Source: Escherichia phage ST2
Direction: 5' to 3' (one strand)
Length of the DNA: 64,000 nt
Sequence record: OM982647
Below are positions 21,948-31,692 of the stretch, piece after piece; position 1 is the first letter of the stretch; every line of letters begins with the position of its first letter. The notes under the pieces were generated by a model. That model saw nothing but the letters and a program-made list of their open reading frames with translations, was not told the origin of the DNA and made no database searches. A program made the position numbers and the translations under genes.

Positions 21948-22946
21948 TTATGATACTAATTCAATCCATGCAGGACGCAGAACATCTTGCACCATTCTAA
22001 TTAATTCTTTCTTAACAAGACTCGGGTCATCGGATGATGTTAATACAATACCTTCACGAGAAGTTTCTTCTAGAATATCTTTAACAGTCAATCCAGTCAC
22101 TTTACCGAAATCTTTTGGCGTTACAGCCCCAATCTTAGAAATCACATTATTAACACGATTTAATGTAACATAACAAGCTAGAACATCAAGCAAGTTTTTG
22201 TCAATTTCGGTTAATGGAACCTGAGTTTTAATAGGCTTATCAGACTTTTTCTTTTCACTGAATTTAGAGTTCTTGCACTTAATAGCTACACGAGTACCGT
22301 TTGGCAGCCATTTAGGGAAACAGGGCTTCAGAACATAACCTTCCGCAGTATTATTACCAATAACATTAGCATCAAATACACAATTATTTGCTTCGACAAG
22401 GTCTTCTGACGCAGTAGCATTATAAGCGGCTAAGACAGAATCAAGGTCGTTTGGAATCATGATAAGAGAATCAAATGTTCCACGTCCAAGCATTGGTGCC
22501 ATTTTAAAACCGAATTCATTACAGAAATCTTGCATTTCGTAATCGGTCAAATACGTATTATCACCACTTTCTGTATTGATAATGATATCGAACACATAAA
22601 AATCTTTTTCACCATAGTCAACACCTTTCTGGATTCCACCACCAGCGAATTCACCGAATACTTGATATGATACGGCTCGAGCTGCGTGCATTAATTCCTG
22701 AACGGCTTTAATAGCTTTATCATACTTTTTGAGTACTATTTCATAGCCATAAAAATCTTCTGCTGGAAGAATAGGGCCTGTGCGCTTGGCGCATGTGACG
22801 TTGTCACGTTCAATTATTAACGAGAAGTTAGTCCCATGGATTTTCTCACGTGCTACCCAAACACCAGTAGTCAAACCATTAGTGTAGAGTTTTTCAATAA
22901 ACTTAGAGTTGTAGTGGTTTTCAAGACTGCTGTATTTCTTAAACAT
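21948..22946 (-). CDS. rnlB: RNA ligase 2 (Rnl2)
   Basis: 332 aa; nucleotidyltransferase motif I K-I-H-G-T-N (KIHGTNFSL) near N-terminus; T4 Rnl2 is 334 aa; position 24-rnlB-hoc. Confidence 0.93.
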   Translation of the reverse strand: MFKKYSSLENHYNSKFIEKLYTNGLTTGVWVAREKIHGTNFSLIIERDNVTCAKRTGPILPAEDFYGYEIVLKKYDKAIKAVQELMHAARAVSYQVFGEFAGGGIQKGVDYGEKDFYVFDIIINTESGDNTYLTDYEMQDFCNEFGFKMAPMLGRGTFDSLIMIPNDLDSVLAAYNATASEDLVEANNCVFDANVIGNNTAEGYVLKPCFPKWLPNGTRVAIKCKNSKFSEKKKSDKPIKTQVPLTEIDKNLLDVLACYVTLNRVNNVISKIGAVTPKDFGKVTGLTVKDILEETSREGIVLTSSDDPSLVKKELIRMVQDVLRPAWIELVS

Positions 22947-23037
22947 AAATCACCATTATAAATAATAATATCAAAATAATTAGCAGAGACTCTATCTCTG
23001 GCCCGATGTTTAATTTGAATGGATAGAACCTAGATTC

Positions 23038-23064
23038 ATTATACCATCAAAAAATGTAAAGCAT
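23038..23064 (-). promoter_or_regulatory. middle promoter (MotA box + -10) upstream of rnlB
   Basis: Minus strand reads aTGCTTTAc - 13 nt - TATAAT; matches T4 MotA-box consensus (a/t)(a/t)TGCTT(t/c)A spaced 11-13 bp from the -10. Confidence 0.6.
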
Positions 23065-23065
23065 A

Positions 23066-23317
23066 TTAGAACTTGATTTCTATCCAATGACCATCGCGCT
23101 GGTCGTGATTAATTTTATACTGAAAGCCATTATCACGTAACCACTGCCCGACTTGCTCGGTGATAGTTAAATCATTCTTTGACGGATAGTATGTAAATTG
23201 TGTCTGGCCTTTGTCAGCGGCTTTCTCTGCCATCACAGAGAAGTTAGTAATAAAATCTCTCAACAAATTGGCTTTAGTGGCCAGGGCCCTTTCTCTTAAT
23301 TCCTGTGCAAAACTCAT
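23066..23317 (-). CDS. hypothetical protein (83 aa), rnlB-hoc interval
   Basis: ATG-initiated ORF overlapping the next gene by 4 nt; occupies T4 24.2/24.3 position. Confidence 0.6.
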   Translation of the reverse strand: MSFAQELRERALATKANLLRDFITNFSVMAEKAADKGQTQFTYYPSKNDLTITEQVGQWLRDNGFQYKINHDQRDGHWIEIKF

Positions 23318-23508
23318 TTCTTCACCTTTTTATTAATCAGACGTTTACGGTATACAACTTTTTCTTTTGCTTTAAACTTTGACCGAGCTGTCTCGGCTTT
23401 AGTCCATAGTAATCCAACTTCTTTAGGTTGTAAACCGATTTTTTGAGCAATTTCTACGAATGAAAATCCCGCCTCATGTAATGTATAAACTTCAACTTCA
23501 GCTCTCAT
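23314..23508 (-). CDS. small helix-turn-helix-like protein (64 aa)
   Basis: ORF-track start 23514 is TTG; first ATG is at 23508. Sequence YTLHEAGFSFVEIAQKIGLQPKEVGLLW resembles an HTH DNA-binding motif; basic C-terminus. Confidence 0.55.
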   Translation of the reverse strand: MRAEVEVYTLHEAGFSFVEIAQKIGLQPKEVGLLWTKAETARSKFKAKEKVVYRKRLINKKVKK

Positions 23509-23589
23509 AATCAATCCCGTATTATTTGGTTTGTGCCATTATATACATCAATCTCAAGTTGTGTTTTGTATGCTTTAAAAACGAAGAAA

Positions 23590-23603
23590 GGGGCCGAAGC
23601 CCC
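23590..23603 (-). terminator. UUCG-tetraloop stem-loop after hoc
   Basis: On the minus strand GGGGC-UUCG-GCCCC, 7 nt after the hoc stop. Confidence 0.55.
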
Positions 23604-23609
23604 TTACGT

Positions 23610-24740
23610 TTATGGATATGTATAGATGATACCAGTTTCCAAAGCAGTTTTATGGATGATGTATCCATTACGTGATTCTTGAACATCAACTTCTGGATAG
23701 TCTTTCATCATCTTCTGAAGAGTGTAACGATGCAGGTAGTATTTACTATCTGGATCTTCAGTTTTCCAATCTTTACCTTCTTCAGTCATTTTTTGGATTT
23801 CATCCATAACCCACCAACCGCACCAGATATAAGCTGAAGTACGATGTGGAAGAGGATGAACATAAGGTAGTTCACCTTCTGGTTCTGGAGCAACTTTATC
23901 AGTCACTTGAACTTGACCTTCTGCTGTAATAGTTTTGCTATCATAATCAGTAGCAGTAACAGTAGCAGTAACTTCAATAGTTTGACTTCCAATAGATGAT
24001 GTATCAACGGTGTATACGTTAGTTGACCCTTCTACAGGAGAAGAATCTTTCTTCCATGAATAAGTAATTTGTGCTTCTTCTGGTGCACCAGTAACATTGG
24101 CTGTAAATGTAGCCGAAGCATCTTGTTGAACGTTAATAGAAGGAGGAGTCAATGTAACCTGCGGATTCATTGTCTTCTTATTAACTGTTAATGATACTTC
24201 ATTAGAAGTAACTGTTTTTGCGTCATAATCCGTTGCTGTTACTTGGGCTACGCATTTAATTCTTTTTACTCCACTTGTAGTTGGAGTGTAATTGAACGTA
24301 GCATTAGTTTCTCCACCAACCTGTGAATCATCTACATACCATTGATAAGTAGCGTTTGCGCCTGATGGCTGCGAAGCTAAAGCGGCCGTAAATTGAACCG
24401 GGGTTCCGATTACTCCTGCTGGAGGACTATCAGGAGTTACTGCTAAGGTAGTCGTTTGTGTCTTGTTTTGAACTGTGATAGTCGTAGTAATTTCTGCTGT
24501 TTCAACGTCAGTATCAGGAATAGTATTTGTTGCAACAACTTTAATTGTTTTTGTTCCAGCAGGTCCTTTTAACACATAATCAAAAGTTTCTGTCGATCCT
24601 ACTTGAGGAGCATCGTCTACACTCCATGCATAGGTAATAGTTCCACCTCCAGTTTCACCACTGGGCGTAGCAGTAAACTGCTGAGTCTGATCTATAACTC
24701 CAGTAGGTGTTTTAGGAGTTATATCAACTGTAAAAGCCAT
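23610..24740 (-). CDS. hoc: highly immunogenic outer capsid protein Hoc (Ig-like domains)
   Basis: 376 aa, same length as T4 Hoc; tandem Ig-like repeats (…TYAWSVDDAPQ…, …TYQWYVDDSQV…, …TYSWKKDSSPV…) and conserved C-terminal capsid-binding region (…PLPHRTSAYIWCGWWVMDEIQKM…). Confidence 0.95.
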   Translation of the reverse strand: MAFTVDITPKTPTGVIDQTQQFTATPSGETGGGTITYAWSVDDAPQVGSTETFDYVLKGPAGTKTIKVVATNTIPDTDVETAEITTTITVQNKTQTTTLAVTPDSPPAGVIGTPVQFTAALASQPSGANATYQWYVDDSQVGGETNATFNYTPTTSGVKRIKCVAQVTATDYDAKTVTSNEVSLTVNKKTMNPQVTLTPPSINVQQDASATFTANVTGAPEEAQITYSWKKDSSPVEGSTNVYTVDTSSIGSQTIEVTATVTATDYDSKTITAEGQVQVTDKVAPEPEGELPYVHPLPHRTSAYIWCGWWVMDEIQKMTEEGKDWKTEDPDSKYYLHRYTLQKMMKDYPEVDVQESRNGYIIHKTALETGIIYTYP

Positions 24741-24749
24741 AAGTTATCC

Positions 24750-25418
24750 TTATTTTAATGTTACGAAAGAAGAATTACGAGTTTCACGAATTAGAATTGA
24801 TCCATCGCGATTAATATAATAAATTAAGCTAAATAATGTTTGGTGAGCAGAAGCATGCACAAAACTAGTTGGGCGAGATTTCCAATCAGGTGTTTCGGCT
24901 ATCCATTGATAAATCCACCAAGGAACAGTAACATACCCTGGGCCTTTGCCTAATTTAATGAGTGTAGGACTAAAATTTTCAGGCAGAACAAATTTTACTT
25001 CTTTATTTACCTCTGCCTCAGGCTCTTTTTCAGATTCAACAACCTGAGTAATTGCTTCTTCGAATTTATCATGGTCGAATTCTTTTTCTTGTTCGACAAC
25101 TTCTAATACTTCAACTTGTTCTGTTGGAGAATCAAACAACAGAATAGCTTCTTCTTTAACTTCTTCGTTGGTGAAATTAACACCGTCCACATCATCTGCG
25201 GCAGTAATTAAATCGGTGATAGATAATCCATCAGTTTCAGGTAATGGTTCATCAGCCAGTGCGTTAAGAGCTTCTTCGATATCAATAACAATATTATCGA
25301 ATGATTTTGTTTTCTTAACACTAATGCCAAATTGTTTCGCATATTCGAACAGTTTAGCTTTGGCTTCCTTTTTATCAGAAAGAGCACGTAACTCTTCAAT
25401 ATAGTCTTTATCGATCAT
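24750..25418 (-). CDS. inh: inhibitor of prohead protease Inh
   Basis: 222 aa (T4 Inh is 226 aa); position hoc-inh-uvsW. Confidence 0.85.
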   Translation of the reverse strand: MIDKDYIEELRALSDKKEAKAKLFEYAKQFGISVKKTKSFDNIVIDIEEALNALADEPLPETDGLSITDLITAADDVDGVNFTNEEVKEEAILLFDSPTEQVEVLEVVEQEKEFDHDKFEEAITQVVESEKEPEAEVNKEVKFVLPENFSPTLIKLGKGPGYVTVPWWIYQWIAETPDWKSRPTSFVHASAHQTLFSLIYYINRDGSILIRETRNSSFVTLK

Positions 25419-25431
25419 GGTATTTCCTCAT

Positions 25432-25439
25432 TATAAATA
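25432..25439 (+). promoter_or_regulatory. T4-type late promoter (TATAAATA) for uvsW
   Basis: Exact TATAAATA 30 nt upstream of uvsW ATG; uvsW is a late gene in T4. Confidence 0.7.
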
Positions 25440-25468
25440 TAACTATATTTATTACATGGTAATTTGAC

Positions 25469-26983
25469 ATGACTGACATTAAAGTACATTTTTATGATTT
25501 TAGTCACGTGCGCATTGAATGCGACGAAAGTACGTTTTACGAACTTCGTGACTTTTTTAGCTTTGAAGCTGACGGGTACAAATTCAACCCGCGTTACAAA
25601 TATGGGAACTGGGATGGTAGAATTCGACTTTTAGATTACAACCGTTTGTTACCATATGGACTTGTAGGACAAATAAAAAAGTTCTGTAACAATATGAGTT
25701 ATTCTGTATGGATTGACCCTAAAATCTTTGAGACTGAAGACCTTACCAGGGAAGATTTTGACGCATGGCTTTCTAAACAAGAGATTTATTCAGGCAACTC
25801 CAAAATAGAACCACATTGGTATCAAAAAGATGCAGTATATGAAGGTCTGGTTAATCGTCGTCGAATTTTAAACCTTCCAACATCAGCAGGTAAATCACTA
25901 ATCCAAGCACTTTTAGCTCGGTATTATCTAGAGAACTATGAAGGTAAAATTCTCATTATCGTCCCTACAACAGCATTGACAACCCAGATGGCTAATGATT
26001 TTGTTGATTATCGCTTGTTTAGTCATTCGATGATTAAGAAAATTGGTGGTGGTGCTGATAAAGCTGACAAATCTAAAAACGACGCTCCAATTATTGTTGG
26101 CACATGGCAAACGGTAGTTAAGCAGCCTAAAGAATGGTTCTCTCAGTTCGGTATGATGATGAACGATGAATGCCACTTAGCAACAGGCAAAAGTATTTCT
26201 TCAATCATCTCAGGATTAAATAATTGCATGTTTAAATTCGGTTTATCTGGCTCATTAAGAGACGGAAAAGCCAATGTAATGCAGTACGTAGGTATGTTCG
26301 GCGAAATCTTCCGTCCTGTTAGCACGTCTAAATTAATGGAAGATGGACAGGTAACTGAGCTTAAGATTAATAGTATTTTCCTTCGTTATCCAGACGAATT
26401 CACTGTTAAATTAAAAGGTAAAACATACCAAGAAGAAGTTAAAATTATTACCGGACTAAAACGACGTACAAAGTGGATTGCTCAACTTTCGGTCAAATTG
26501 GCTAAGAAAGACGAGAACGCCTTTGTAATGTTTAAACACGTTACACACGGTAAAGAAATATTTGAAGCTATTAAAGAGCTTGGATACGAAAAAGTTTATT
26601 ACGTATCAGGTGAAGTTGATACTGAAACACGTAACGCGCTTAAAGTCATGGCAGAAAATGGTAAAGGCATTATTATTGTTGCATCATATGGAGTATTCTC
26701 TACTGGTATTTCAGTCAAGAATCTTCATCATGTTATTTTTGCCCATGGTGTTAAATCAAAAATTATCGTACTTCAAACCGTAGGTCGTGTGCTTCGTAAG
26801 CACGGTTCTAAAGCTGTTGCTACAGTTTGGGATCTCATCGACGATGCAGGTGTAAAACCTAAATCATTAAATACTAAAAAGAAGTATACTCATCTTAATT
26901 ACTTGTTAAAACACGGTATTGATCGTATCCAACGTTACGCTGATGAGAAATTTAACTATGTAATGAAAACAATTAATTTATAA
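25469..26983 (+). CDS. uvsW: UvsW RNA-DNA / DNA helicase (SF2)
   Basis: 504 aa; Walker A-like PTSAGKS, DECH box (MMMNDECHLATG), helicase C-terminal motifs; plus-strand island among minus-strand genes as in T4. Confidence 0.93.
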   Translation: MTDIKVHFYDFSHVRIECDESTFYELRDFFSFEADGYKFNPRYKYGNWDGRIRLLDYNRLLPYGLVGQIKKFCNNMSYSVWIDPKIFETEDLTREDFDAWLSKQEIYSGNSKIEPHWYQKDAVYEGLVNRRRILNLPTSAGKSLIQALLARYYLENYEGKILIIVPTTALTTQMANDFVDYRLFSHSMIKKIGGGADKADKSKNDAPIIVGTWQTVVKQPKEWFSQFGMMMNDECHLATGKSISSIISGLNNCMFKFGLSGSLRDGKANVMQYVGMFGEIFRPVSTSKLMEDGQVTELKINSIFLRYPDEFTVKLKGKTYQEEVKIITGLKRRTKWIAQLSVKLAKKDENAFVMFKHVTHGKEIFEAIKELGYEKVYYVSGEVDTETRNALKVMAENGKGIIIVASYGVFSTGISVKNLHHVIFAHGVKSKIIVLQTVGRVLRKHGSKAVATVWDLIDDAGVKPKSLNTKKKYTHLNYLLKHGIDRIQRYADEKFNYVMKTINL

Positions 26984-26997
26984 GGGCTTCGGCCCTT
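26982..26997 (+). terminator. UUCG-tetraloop stem-loop between uvsW and uvsW.1
   Basis: AAGGGC-UUCG-GCCCUU overlapping the uvsW stop codon. Confidence 0.45.
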
Positions 26998-27008
26998 AGG
27001 AGATAAAA

Positions 27009-27242
27009 ATGGTACTTGAATTTAAACAATTTTTATACGAAGCATCTATTGACGAATTCATGGGTAAAATTGCTAATTGTCATACCTTAGAAGGGCTTGA
27101 AGAATTGGAAGCTTATTACAAGAAACGTATAAAAGAAACGGAATTAAAAGATACAGATGATATTTCTGTCAGGGATGCCTTAGCAGGTAAGCGTGCCGAA
27201 CTTGAAGGCGACGATGATGAGGATGCGGAAGAAGACTTCTAA
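27009..27242 (+). CDS. uvsW.1: UvsW.1 small acidic helicase-associated protein
   Basis: 77 aa with acidic tail (…EGDDDEDAEEDF); T4 uvsW.1 is 76 aa at the same position. Confidence 0.8.
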   Translation: MVLEFKQFLYEASIDEFMGKIANCHTLEGLEELEAYYKKRIKETELKDTDDISVRDALAGKRAELEGDDDEDAEEDF

Positions 27243-27251
27243 TTAAAAAAA

Positions 27252-27274
27252 GGCCCGACCTTTTTGGAAGGGCC
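27252..27274 (-). terminator. interrupted stem-loop with U-tract after uvsY.-2 (between convergent uvsW.1 and uvsY.-2)
   Basis: GGCCCgaCC-uuuuu-GGaaGGGCC; on the minus strand it is followed by U7. Confidence 0.5.
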
Positions 27275-27299
27275 AAAAACCATAGGCAAAAAGGTAACA

Positions 27300-27467
27300 C
27301 TATAGTAAAAGTTGGGTTTCATTCAATTGCTCTTCTGAACTTTCTGAAACCGGCAATTGTTGGACATAATTATAACAAGGACCAGGATGTGCTGGACCTT
27401 TGTCTGTTTCAACAACCAATGCAGAATCGATTGGAGTTTTACAGACAACACAAATCTTATCTGACAT
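27300..27467 (-). CDS. small cysteine-containing protein (55 aa), uvsY.-2-like; absent from the ORF track (<60 aa)
   Basis: AGGAGG Shine-Dalgarno 6 nt before ATG at 27467; MSDKICVVCKTPIDSALVVETDKGPAHPGPCYNY... (CxxC ... H ... C); TAG stop at 27300-27302; late promoter 30 nt upstream. Confidence 0.6.
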   Translation of the reverse strand: MSDKICVVCKTPIDSALVVETDKGPAHPGPCYNYVQQLPVSESSEEQLNETQLLL

Positions 27468-27496
27468 GATTGCCTCCTAAGTTGAAATTACATATC

Positions 27497-27504
27497 TATT
27501 TATA
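27497..27504 (-). promoter_or_regulatory. T4-type late promoter (TATAAATA on minus strand) upstream of uvsY.-2
   Basis: Plus-strand TATTTATA overlapping the uvsY.-1 stop codon. Confidence 0.6.
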
Positions 27505-27724
27505 CCACTCGCATGCACATATCGATACCCATATCTTTTGTATAAAAATACTCGTCGATGTACCCGGCAAACTTCCCTTTAATATAAAGGACGTCTTCGC
27601 CACAAGGATGGTCTGCCAGGATACGAATATCCTGACGACGTAGACGATACTTTTCCATTAAGAATTTAATTTCAGTTTCAAATTCTTCATCATTATTAAA
27701 GGCATCTTCAATTGAGTACCGCAT
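27500..27724 (-). CDS. hypothetical protein (74 aa), uvsY.-1-like
   Basis: ATG start overlapping uvsY stop by 1 nt; position matches T4 uvsY.-1. Confidence 0.7.
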   Translation of the reverse strand: MRYSIEDAFNNDEEFETEIKFLMEKYRLRRQDIRILADHPCGEDVLYIKGKFAGYIDEYFYTKDMGIDMCMRVV

Positions 27725-28137
27725 TATTGCCCCGCTTCAAATTCTCGCATATCCTGGATATGTTTAAGTGCAAAACTACGAGACTTAACTGCGTCAAGTG
27801 CACCACTACAGAACTCAAGTAAAATTCCCCAGTATTGTAAAGTAGTCTCTATTTTAAGCACATCTTTATCTGCAGCCAGGACAGTTTTCATTTCGGATTT
27901 CTCGTATCGGTCCATACTGAATTCATCACCGTCACCTCGTCCCGAGTAGTAGTCTAATCTTGCTTTTAGAGCAGTTTTCTTCTGAGTCTCTATACGCAAC
28001 ATTTCTTTACGAATAAATGAGTGCTTACGTAGCCATTTGCTGTATAACTTAACATTATTCGCCGTCTCGTATTGCAACTTTGTCGTATCAATAACTAAGT
28101 CTGCGTCTAACTCTTCCTGTAAATCTTCCAGCTTCAT
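27724..28137 (-). CDS. uvsY: UvsY recombination mediator protein
   Basis: ORF-track frame 27724..28218; start set at ATG 28137 giving 137 aa (MKLEDLQEELDADLVIDTTKLQYETANNVKLYSKWL…YYSGRGDGDEFSMDRYEKSEMK…), colinear with T4 UvsY (137 aa). Confidence 0.93.
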   Translation of the reverse strand: MKLEDLQEELDADLVIDTTKLQYETANNVKLYSKWLRKHSFIRKEMLRIETQKKTALKARLDYYSGRGDGDEFSMDRYEKSEMKTVLAADKDVLKIETTLQYWGILLEFCSGALDAVKSRSFALKHIQDMREFEAGQ

Positions 28138-28192
28138 AATATTCTCTCTTTTAACTAATAATCTCCCGGCTGTATCGGAAGGACCTAAAACC

Positions 28193-28217
28193 ATTATACA
28201 TAGGTTGCCTTGAAGCA
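28193..28217 (-). promoter_or_regulatory. middle promoter (MotA box TGCTTCA + TATAAT) upstream of uvsY; candidate oriF-type origin promoter
   Basis: Minus strand reads aaTGCTTCA - 12 nt - TATAAT, overlapping the end of gene 25. In T4 the uvsY middle promoter drives the R-loop at replication origin oriF. Confidence 0.6.
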
Positions 28218-28616
28218 TTACACTCTATTGCTTGATGCTAACTGAAGTTTGATTTGTTCGATATCATCAGGGTTATCTACGACCGAAAATCTAATCTCTA
28301 CTATAACTGTATAGTCATCATATACTGGCGTTACACTTACAGAAAGTTTGTCGATGCGCGGCTCATAGTTACGGACGGCTGCCTGGATATTACGCTCAAT
28401 CGTATCGGCTGTAAGCGGTGTCATGTTCTCGAAAAGTTCATCAACCAAATCGCATCCAAATTCAGGGTCGAAGGGGCGTGAGCCTTTTCTAGTTGTCACT
28501 ATGCCAAGAAGACTATTTTTAATAGAACGAAGTCCTACAGAACGAGCAACGTCCTTGTTCCAATCCATACGCATTTCTGGGTCGATATCTGAATAAAGTT
28601 TATTGATATTAGACAT
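28218..28616 (-). CDS. 25: baseplate wedge protein gp25 (lysozyme-like fold)
   Basis: 132 aa, same length as T4 gp25. Confidence 0.93.
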   Translation of the reverse strand: MSNINKLYSDIDPEMRMDWNKDVARSVGLRSIKNSLLGIVTTRKGSRPFDPEFGCDLVDELFENMTPLTADTIERNIQAAVRNYEPRIDKLSVSVTPVYDDYTVIVEIRFSVVDNPDDIEQIKLQLASSNRV

Positions 28617-29242
28617 TATAGTAACTCAAAGAATTCTTTGAGGCCTCGTATTGTGTGAACGTGTGACGCCCCACATTTGGGACATTTAATAGGGGTTGCC
28701 AGATAAATTGATGGCGATACTAAAAGATTTTTAATATTGATCATGTCATCTTCTGTTATAAGACCGTAAAGGTCGTTTATTTCTGCTTCAGTTAAATCTT
28801 CAACAGGGATGGACTCTCCGTTGACAAAAACGGCCTCAATACATGAAGCAATCATTAATGCGATATTTTTATCGTCAAATAATTTAGGTTGACGGAACTT
28901 AATTTTAATACCACTAAACGAATACCAGGGATCGGCCTGTTCATCCAATTGAGTGTGCAATAAATTCATATAGACTTGAAACGAATGCCCACAGGAACAA
29001 TTCCAGGTGTGTTCTTGATTCACTTCACCTAACGAATGTGCCCACAGATTTACCAACAATAGCTCGGCTTCTTGTTTAGTCAAGTTTTTAGCATTAGAGC
29101 AATTAGTGATAATATTGTTCACTGCTGATTCAATAGTACCGGTAGCCCGCGCACCTATGAGTCCTAAATATTCTTTTAAAGTAAAGGCTCTACAATTCAC
29201 TTCTTTATCGCCTAAACGTACGGTAAACGTATATTTGTACAT
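28616..29242 (-). CDS. 26: baseplate hub protein gp26
   Basis: 208 aa, same length as T4 gp26; divergent from gene 51. Confidence 0.9.
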   Translation of the reverse strand: MYKYTFTVRLGDKEVNCRAFTLKEYLGLIGARATGTIESAVNNIITNCSNAKNLTKQEAELLLVNLWAHSLGEVNQEHTWNCSCGHSFQVYMNLLHTQLDEQADPWYSFSGIKIKFRQPKLFDDKNIALMIASCIEAVFVNGESIPVEDLTEAEINDLYGLITEDDMINIKNLLVSPSIYLATPIKCPKCGASHVHTIRGLKEFFELL

Positions 29243-29260
29243 GTTAACTCCTTTATTGTG

Positions 29261-29268
29261 TATTTATA
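29261..29268 (-). promoter_or_regulatory. T4-type late promoter (minus-strand TATAAATA) for gene 26
   Basis: Half of the 12-bp palindrome TATTTATAAATA; 19 nt upstream of gene 26 ATG. Confidence 0.6.
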
Positions 29269-29272
29269 AATA
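29265..29272 (+). promoter_or_regulatory. T4-type late promoter (TATAAATA) for gene 51
   Basis: Other half of palindrome TATTTATAAATA; 18 nt upstream of gene 51 ATG. Confidence 0.6.
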
Positions 29273-29289
29273 ATAGAAAAGGAGTAATT

Positions 29290-30042
29290 ATGGCTAATAT
29301 AATTCGTTGTAAATTACCAGATGGTGTTCATCGTTTCAAGCCGTTCACCGTGGCGGATTATAGAGACTTTTTACTAGTTAGAAATGATATCGAACATCGT
29401 TCGCCGCAAGAACAAAAAGAAATAATTGCCGATCTGATTGATGATTATTTTGGCGAGTACCCTAAAACATGGCAACCATTTATATTCCTGCAAGTTTTTG
29501 CAGGCTCTATAGGCAAAACAAAAGTTCCCGTTATTTTCACTTGCCCTAAATGCTCTAAAGAAAAAACTGCACCATTTGAGATATATCAAAAAGAACTAGT
29601 CGAACCTGAACTTGATGTTGCTGGTATAAAAATACGTTTTTCTTTCCCTGAAAAGTTTTATGACAATAAAGCATTAATGATAAGTGAAAACATAAAAGAA
29701 ATATATTATAATGATGAATGGTACCCATGGAATGATTTGACTGAAGAGAACCAAATCCAAGTAATAGAAGCAATAGACATTGACTCGCTCGAGAAGGTTA
29801 TTGCTTCTATGAACCCTATTAATTTGACCCTTAGATTAGGTTGTTGTGAACGTCATGTTAAAACATATACTGATATCTTAGAGGTTTTTAAATTGTTAGT
29901 TAACCCTGATGAGATTTTTACATTCTATCAGATAAACCATTCACTAGTAAAGAGTCAATACACATTGGATTCTATTATGCAAATGATTCCTGTTGAACGT
30001 GGTATTGCTTTAACATTAGTAGAAAAGGACCATAAAAAATGA
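29290..30042 (+). CDS. 51: baseplate hub assembly catalyst gp51
   Basis: 250 aa (T4 gp51 is 249 aa); two CxxC pairs (CPKCSKEK…CCERH). Confidence 0.9.
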   Translation: MANIIRCKLPDGVHRFKPFTVADYRDFLLVRNDIEHRSPQEQKEIIADLIDDYFGEYPKTWQPFIFLQVFAGSIGKTKVPVIFTCPKCSKEKTAPFEIYQKELVEPELDVAGIKIRFSFPEKFYDNKALMISENIKEIYYNDEWYPWNDLTEENQIQVIEAIDIDSLEKVIASMNPINLTLRLGCCERHVKTYTDILEVFKLLVNPDEIFTFYQINHSLVKSQYTLDSIMQMIPVERGIALTLVEKDHKK

Positions 30043-31211
30043 CAGTATTCCAACGTCCAGGATATCCTAACTTAAGCGTTAAATTATACCAAGATTATTC
30101 GGCTTGGCAAGAAAATAGATACGTTGAACTCGCAGCAACAATAACAACTTTAACCATGCGAGATTCGCTATACGGAAGAAATGAAGGGATTCTTCAATTT
30201 TATGACACTAAAAACATCCACACTAAAATGGATGGTAGACAGATAGTCCAAATCTCTGTTTCAAATTCAAACACACCTCTCCAAGTTAGAACTCGAATTT
30301 ACGGATGTAGACATTATTCTGTGTCTGTGGACTCAAAAGGTGACAATATTATTGCAATTGAGCTTGGAACAATACATTCTATAGAGAACCTTAAATTTGG
30401 GCGACCATTCTTCCCAGACGCAGGAGAATCTATACGCGAAATGTTAGGTGTCATATATAAAGACCGTACATTAATTACTCCGCCAATAAACACTATTAAT
30501 GCTTATGTTCCTGATATTCCTTGGACAAGCACATTTGATGATTATTTGGCATATGTCAGAGAATTAGGACTTGCTACAGCGAGTGATAAGTTCGTATTCG
30601 TATGGCAAGATATTTTAGGTGTAAACATGATTGACTACGATACTCTTATTGGTCAGGAAGGCATTAAGATGATTGTAGGCGAGCCAAATACCGTAGGTCA
30701 GTATATTCAAGAGCTTGAGTATCCATTAGTATGGGATTTCACCTGGATGACTAAAGCTAACCAATTTACAAGAGACCCTATTAAAAACGCCACGATATTC
30801 GCCCATTCATTTTTAGATACATCTATTCCGGTTATTGTTACAGGCGATGGTGATAATGCTATTGTTGTGTCAAGATCTGGTGGATATTCCGAAATGACCT
30901 ATCGTAATGGATTTGAAGAAGCAAGTCGTCTTCAGACAATGGCCCAATATGACGGATATGCTAAATGCACTACTACAGGTAATTTTAACATAACGCCTGC
31001 TACTAAAATTATATTTGTTGACCAAAAGAACCAATTCAAATCCGAATTTTACGTAGATGAAGTTATTCATGAGTTATCAAATAACAACTCACAAACTCAT
31101 CTGTACATGTTTACCAACTCAATGGTGTTAGAACCTGTTAACCCAGTTAAGGTTAAAAATGAACTTAAATCTGATTCTACCTCTAAAGAAAATAATTCTA
31201 CCACAGTCTAA
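30039..31211 (+). CDS. 27: baseplate hub protein gp27
   Basis: 390 aa (T4 gp27 is 391 aa). Confidence 0.93.
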   Translation: MTVFQRPGYPNLSVKLYQDYSAWQENRYVELAATITTLTMRDSLYGRNEGILQFYDTKNIHTKMDGRQIVQISVSNSNTPLQVRTRIYGCRHYSVSVDSKGDNIIAIELGTIHSIENLKFGRPFFPDAGESIREMLGVIYKDRTLITPPINTINAYVPDIPWTSTFDDYLAYVRELGLATASDKFVFVWQDILGVNMIDYDTLIGQEGIKMIVGEPNTVGQYIQELEYPLVWDFTWMTKANQFTRDPIKNATIFAHSFLDTSIPVIVTGDGDNAIVVSRSGGYSEMTYRNGFEEASRLQTMAQYDGYAKCTTTGNFNITPATKIIFVDQKNQFKSEFYVDEVIHELSNNNSQTHLYMFTNSMVLEPVNPVKVKNELKSDSTSKENNSTTV

Positions 31212-31692
31212 TAAAAAGGTAATGATTCCTAAATTAGGGCTCAAACATTATAATCTTTTAAAGGACGTTAAAGGTCCTGACGAAAACATGAAAATCTTAG
31301 CTGATTCTATTTGTAAAAATATGAGTCCGGCAGATTTTGATTTTGCATGTCTACACATATTGGAATTTAATAACAAACTTAAGTCTGAAGTTGAAAAAGA
31401 TGGATTCACTTATAAACTAGATGACGTCTATGTATGCCAACGAACAGAATTCCAATTTCAAGGTAATACTTTTTATTTTAGACCTCCAGGCAAATTTGAA
31501 CAATTCGCTACAATCAGTGAAATGCTATCAAATTGCTTAATAAAAGTTAATGACGAAGAGAAAGAAATTTCTTTCCTTGAGATGCCTGCTTTTGTAATCA
31601 AATGGGCAGAAGACCTTTCGACAACCATTGCTATTCCAGGCCCCAATGGTCCTATTAAGGGTATAGCAGAAATTATTGGATTGCTTGAATGA
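31159..31692 (+). CDS. 28: baseplate hub distal subunit gp28
   Basis: 177 aa, matches T4 gp28 ([11 protein letters not shown]…); overlaps gene 27 by 53 nt in another frame. Confidence 0.9.
   Translation: MNLNLILPLKKIILPQSNKKVMIPKLGLKHYNLLKDVKGPDENMKILADSICKNMSPADFDFACLHILEFNNKLKSEVEKDGFTYKLDDVYVCQRTEFQFQGNTFYFRPPGKFEQFATISEMLSNCLIKVNDEEKEISFLEMPAFVIKWAEDLSTTIAIPGPNGPIKGIAEIIGLLE

Noticed and set aside
22957-22964. Plus-strand TATAAATA just outside the rnlB start, pointing antisense into the minus-strand rnlB-hoc genes
   Set aside because: No plus-strand ORF downstream; a single 8-mer in an AT-rich leader is expected by chance. An antisense late transcript cannot be excluded but is not supported.
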